From Azolla caroliniana (lineage: Eukaryota; Plantae; Polypodiophyta), in NCBI GenBank assembly GCA_043228905.1, contig JBHGNT010000004.1, positions 14,756,001 through 14,820,000 on the forward strand: a stretch of 64,000 nt of DNA. The letters run 5' to 3'. Shown piece by piece: positions 60,481 to 64,000 of this stretch (its first letter is position 1; each line of letters begins with the position of its first letter). The notes beneath the pieces were generated by a model. That model worked only from the letters and a program-made list of their open reading frames with translations, did not search any database and was not told where the DNA came from. The position numbers and the translations under genes are program-made.

Positions 60481-62777
60481 ATGCCACACTCAATCAACCT
60501 CGACTAAGACCTATTGATCATAGATGAATTTCCTAATTTCCTAGCGCTTTATCATGGATGATCATTGAAGTTACCACCCAACTTGTAATGATGAGAGAGT
60601 GAGTTGAATATATGAAATATTTACTTCATTCAATGCAAAGGTATCTTTGTTTGATGTTGTCAAATGTAGACTTTCAAACACATATGCCCCAAAGAAGTGT
60701 TCCGCTTTTGGATCCATTTGAGACAACCATGTGGTGATTGGTTTGCTTATCTTAGTACTATATTTGTGAGGGGGTCGATGGCGCTAATTCTGAGCAGATT
60801 TCACTAAATCATATATTGCTTTCAAACAATGCTTTTACGTTAGTTGTGATGGCCTTCAAATCTATCAATCTGTTTCTCTTCTCCATATGAATAAGTTGAT
60901 TCATGGTGTAGGACCAAAGTCAGAAATTTTGAGAGAAGTGAAGTTCCATCTTCACAATGGGCTAGGCCTCATCTCATAGATTGCAATTGGTCTCTCGTGG
61001 ATGTTAAAAAGATATCTATATATCTCTAGTGAACTCCCTTGAGTGAAAAGAACTACATATTCCTAGATCTTCTAATGCTCTCTAACATAAAGTGTGTTCA
61101 ACGACCCAATACAAATGTATTACCATAAGTGTCATTTTTAGAGGTGGCTACATAGTTGGTGAGTTGTCAATTTTTGGTGACATACTGACATTGTTTTTCT
61201 TTCAACAATCTACCTTCACGTGGCTAGAATTTCTTGAATAATTACATTTTGATTTGTTTTTGGCAATTTTATTCACCTTCAAAATCCTTCTCCTTCAAGA
61301 GTTCCATTTTTTGCTATCCTACCGTATGGAAGTCCTTGTCTTGCGAAAATGCATTTTGTGCGCTTTCGTTGTTAGATGACCTTCTTCCTCTTTCTCCGTC
61401 ATGGTTGTTCTCTTCAAAAGCAACATCAACTATAGCTTATAGGTGACAGAATGTGGGACCTGGTGCATGTCTTTTGATGATGGTAGTTCTCACGAGTGGA
61501 AAATGTTGTGATAGGTCACTCAAAACATTTTTGTACCATTTCTTACACATCGACTTGCCTATCAATTGAGACGAAAGAGCTGCATAAAGTCTTTATCTTT
61601 AGGGCATATCTATGATAGACATACCCTTTTATTGAATTTCATTCAAATATCTTCGAAGTTGAAGCTCGAACACCAAAAGAAACATCGAGGATGATTATCA
61701 TTTACAATGTGCTCATCGAATATTACAATTTTGTTTTTATCAATGCGAACTACTTTTTCTCACCAACTTCATAATCTTGGGTTTGGCATAGGCTTGATTA
61801 ACAATGTGGGCTATGTCTTCACACTAATCCAATCACCTTACGACACAATGAATCTTGACATTGTATATGATAGTTTATTATGTTGATGCAACTACATCCA
61901 TATCCATATACATGCTAAGAAAATATTCTTGATCTAAATTTGTCATCATGAATATTTGGATACCCTCATTGATATCCAAAGATTCAAACCTTGTATCTAA
62001 ATAAAGTTTTGGGTGTTCTATTGTGATGTGATGATGTATACAAGGGGAGAAAAGCATGGAAAAGTCAAGTTTTACTATAGTTGGGGATTCTAGTGGAAAT
62101 GCTTACAAGAAGAAAAACTGAAAAGAAAATTAAGACGGTGAGATTTAGCATTGAAACAAAAGGGTCAAGGGTTCAAACCTTGCCAAAAGCGAAGGAGGGG
62201 AAGGGATCAGCTATAATGCATAAGTGATAACAAAGAAGTGTGCGGCAAATGCAAATATATGGATATATGTTTTGTCAAAATGATAAGGACAAGTGCATGC
62301 TCAAAAGGAAAATTGTTGACCATGTAAAAAGAGAGAATACTATTTTATTTTATAAGAGAGCTCCTAAAACCTATTTAATGAGCAAGAGAGGTCATTGTCA
62401 AATTTGAATGCCCATGTTTTGTCAATAAACTTAATCATAAGGGTGCATGGGAGGCTTACTATGGTGGGGGCTCACATATTATGTAATTTGGGATATTTCA
62501 ATTTTATTTGCCAAAAATCAAGTGAGCATGTAGTCTCTCATACTCTTTCTCTATAACATGCCACTACAAAATGCATGGCACATGGCCTTTTGGTCTCAAC
62601 AAAATGAACGACACCAATTGGCCTCTCTCTCTCTCTCTATGAATTTTACTTTTCATCAATGTCTTATGTTGAGATATTAGATATCTTAGGCAAATGTTGG
62701 GTGGCTAGATAATGGGAAATACCACATGTAAAGTGACTCCGTCCTCAAAAATACCTATTTGTTGTGTTTCATCCATA

Positions 62778-63695
62778 TGAATAATTTTAGCCCCACAACC
62801 ACATTAGCAACTATTATAGGAAAGTGGAACTGATTGCAATAAATTCATCCTTGTTCAAATTTCAAGTATTGGCATAGCACAAGGGAGATTGGAACACATA
62901 AACAAGAAAGGAAACTTCTAAGTGATCTTGACAATGCCCTACATTGCATATGGTGCTCAGTGAATAATTTTAGCCCCACAACCACATTAGCAACTATTAT
63001 AGGAAAGTGGAACTGATTGCAATAAATTCATCCTTGTTCAAATTTCAAGTATTGGCATAGCACAAGGGAGATTGGAACACATAAACAAGAAAGGAAACTT
63101 CTAAGTGATCTTGACAATGCCCTACATTGCATATGGTGCTCAGTGAATAATTTTAGCCCCACAACCACATTAGCAACTATTATAGGAAAGTGGAACTGAT
63201 TGCAATAAATTCATCCTTGTTCAAATTTCAAGTATTGGCATAGCACAAGGGAGATTGGAACACATAAACAAGAAAGGAAACTTCTAAGTGATCTTGACAA
63301 TGCCCTACATTGCATATGGTGTTCAGTGAATAATTTTAGCCCCACAACCACATTAGCAACTATTATAGGAAAGTGGAACTGATTGCAATAAATTCATCCT
63401 TGTTCAAATTTCAAGTATTGGCATAGCACAAGGGAGATTGGAACACATAAACAAGAAAGGAAACTTCTAAGTGATCTTGACAATGCCCTACATTGCATAT
63501 GGTGCTCAGTGAATAATTTTAGCCCCACAACCACATTAGCAACTATTATAGGAAAGTGGAACTGATTGCAATAAATTCATCCTTGTTCAAATTTCAAGTA
63601 TTGGCATAGCACAAGGGAGATTGGAACACATAAACAAGAAAGGAAACTTCTAAGTGATCTTGACAATGCCCTACATTGCATATGGTGCTCAGTGA
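62778..63695. repeat. 5 x 183-bp near-perfect tandem array
   Basis: TGAATAATTTTAGCCCC at 62778, 62961, 63144, 63327, 63510; one substitution noticed (GTTCAG in copy 3). Confidence 0.97.
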
Positions 63696-64000
63696 CCACT
63701 TTCTACGTACTTGAAAATGTAATGTAGAATAGCATATTCTATATGTAAATATATGTAAAAGGTGGGCCACATCTTAAGATATTTCAAAGTATATTAAATT
63801 TCCACTATAACATTTTCTAGAAGTCTATTAGATGGCCCCAAATTCAGAGAATGGGAGCTAAGATAGCAAGAAGTGGAATCCTTTGTTATTTTGCATGCCA
63901 AAAATGAAACTTCCTTGTACACCACTTAGAAAGTAAAGTTGTTCTTAGGGTTTCTCTTTGCTTTTCAAAATTAATTTCGAACCTAGAAAGAAGACAAGAG

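Overview
Plant genomic DNA; composition, microsatellites and TE types suggest a seed-free land plant such as a fern or lycophyte (inference). Positions 1-~50.8 kb are a deeply nested retrotransposon cluster. It holds four related tRNA-Trp-primed Ty3/gypsy elements (labelled A, C, D, E; E at 32759-40095 is intact and very young), an Athila/Phygy-like gypsy element with an extra 3' ORF (F), copia remnants (G, G', H), a copia-type solo LTR and two non-autonomous hAT elements. TSD matching shows that three nested elements (D, F, G) have their two halves in opposite orientation, implying a large inversion with one breakpoint near 18.7 kb. The standout is the Trp-primed gypsy lineage. Gag and an atypical DHG protease form ORF1, and RT-RH-INT appears to be reached by a -1 ribosomal frameshift placed after the protease, with a slippery heptamer and a covarying H-type pseudoknot. 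The lineage also has a covarying hairpin before the PPT and 4-bp target sites centred on CpG. The distal 13 kb is low-copy DNA with an unusually long CLE9/10-type peptide gene (54410-55243) and a young 5x183-bp tandem array. All alignments and structures were read by eye; no searches or folding were run.
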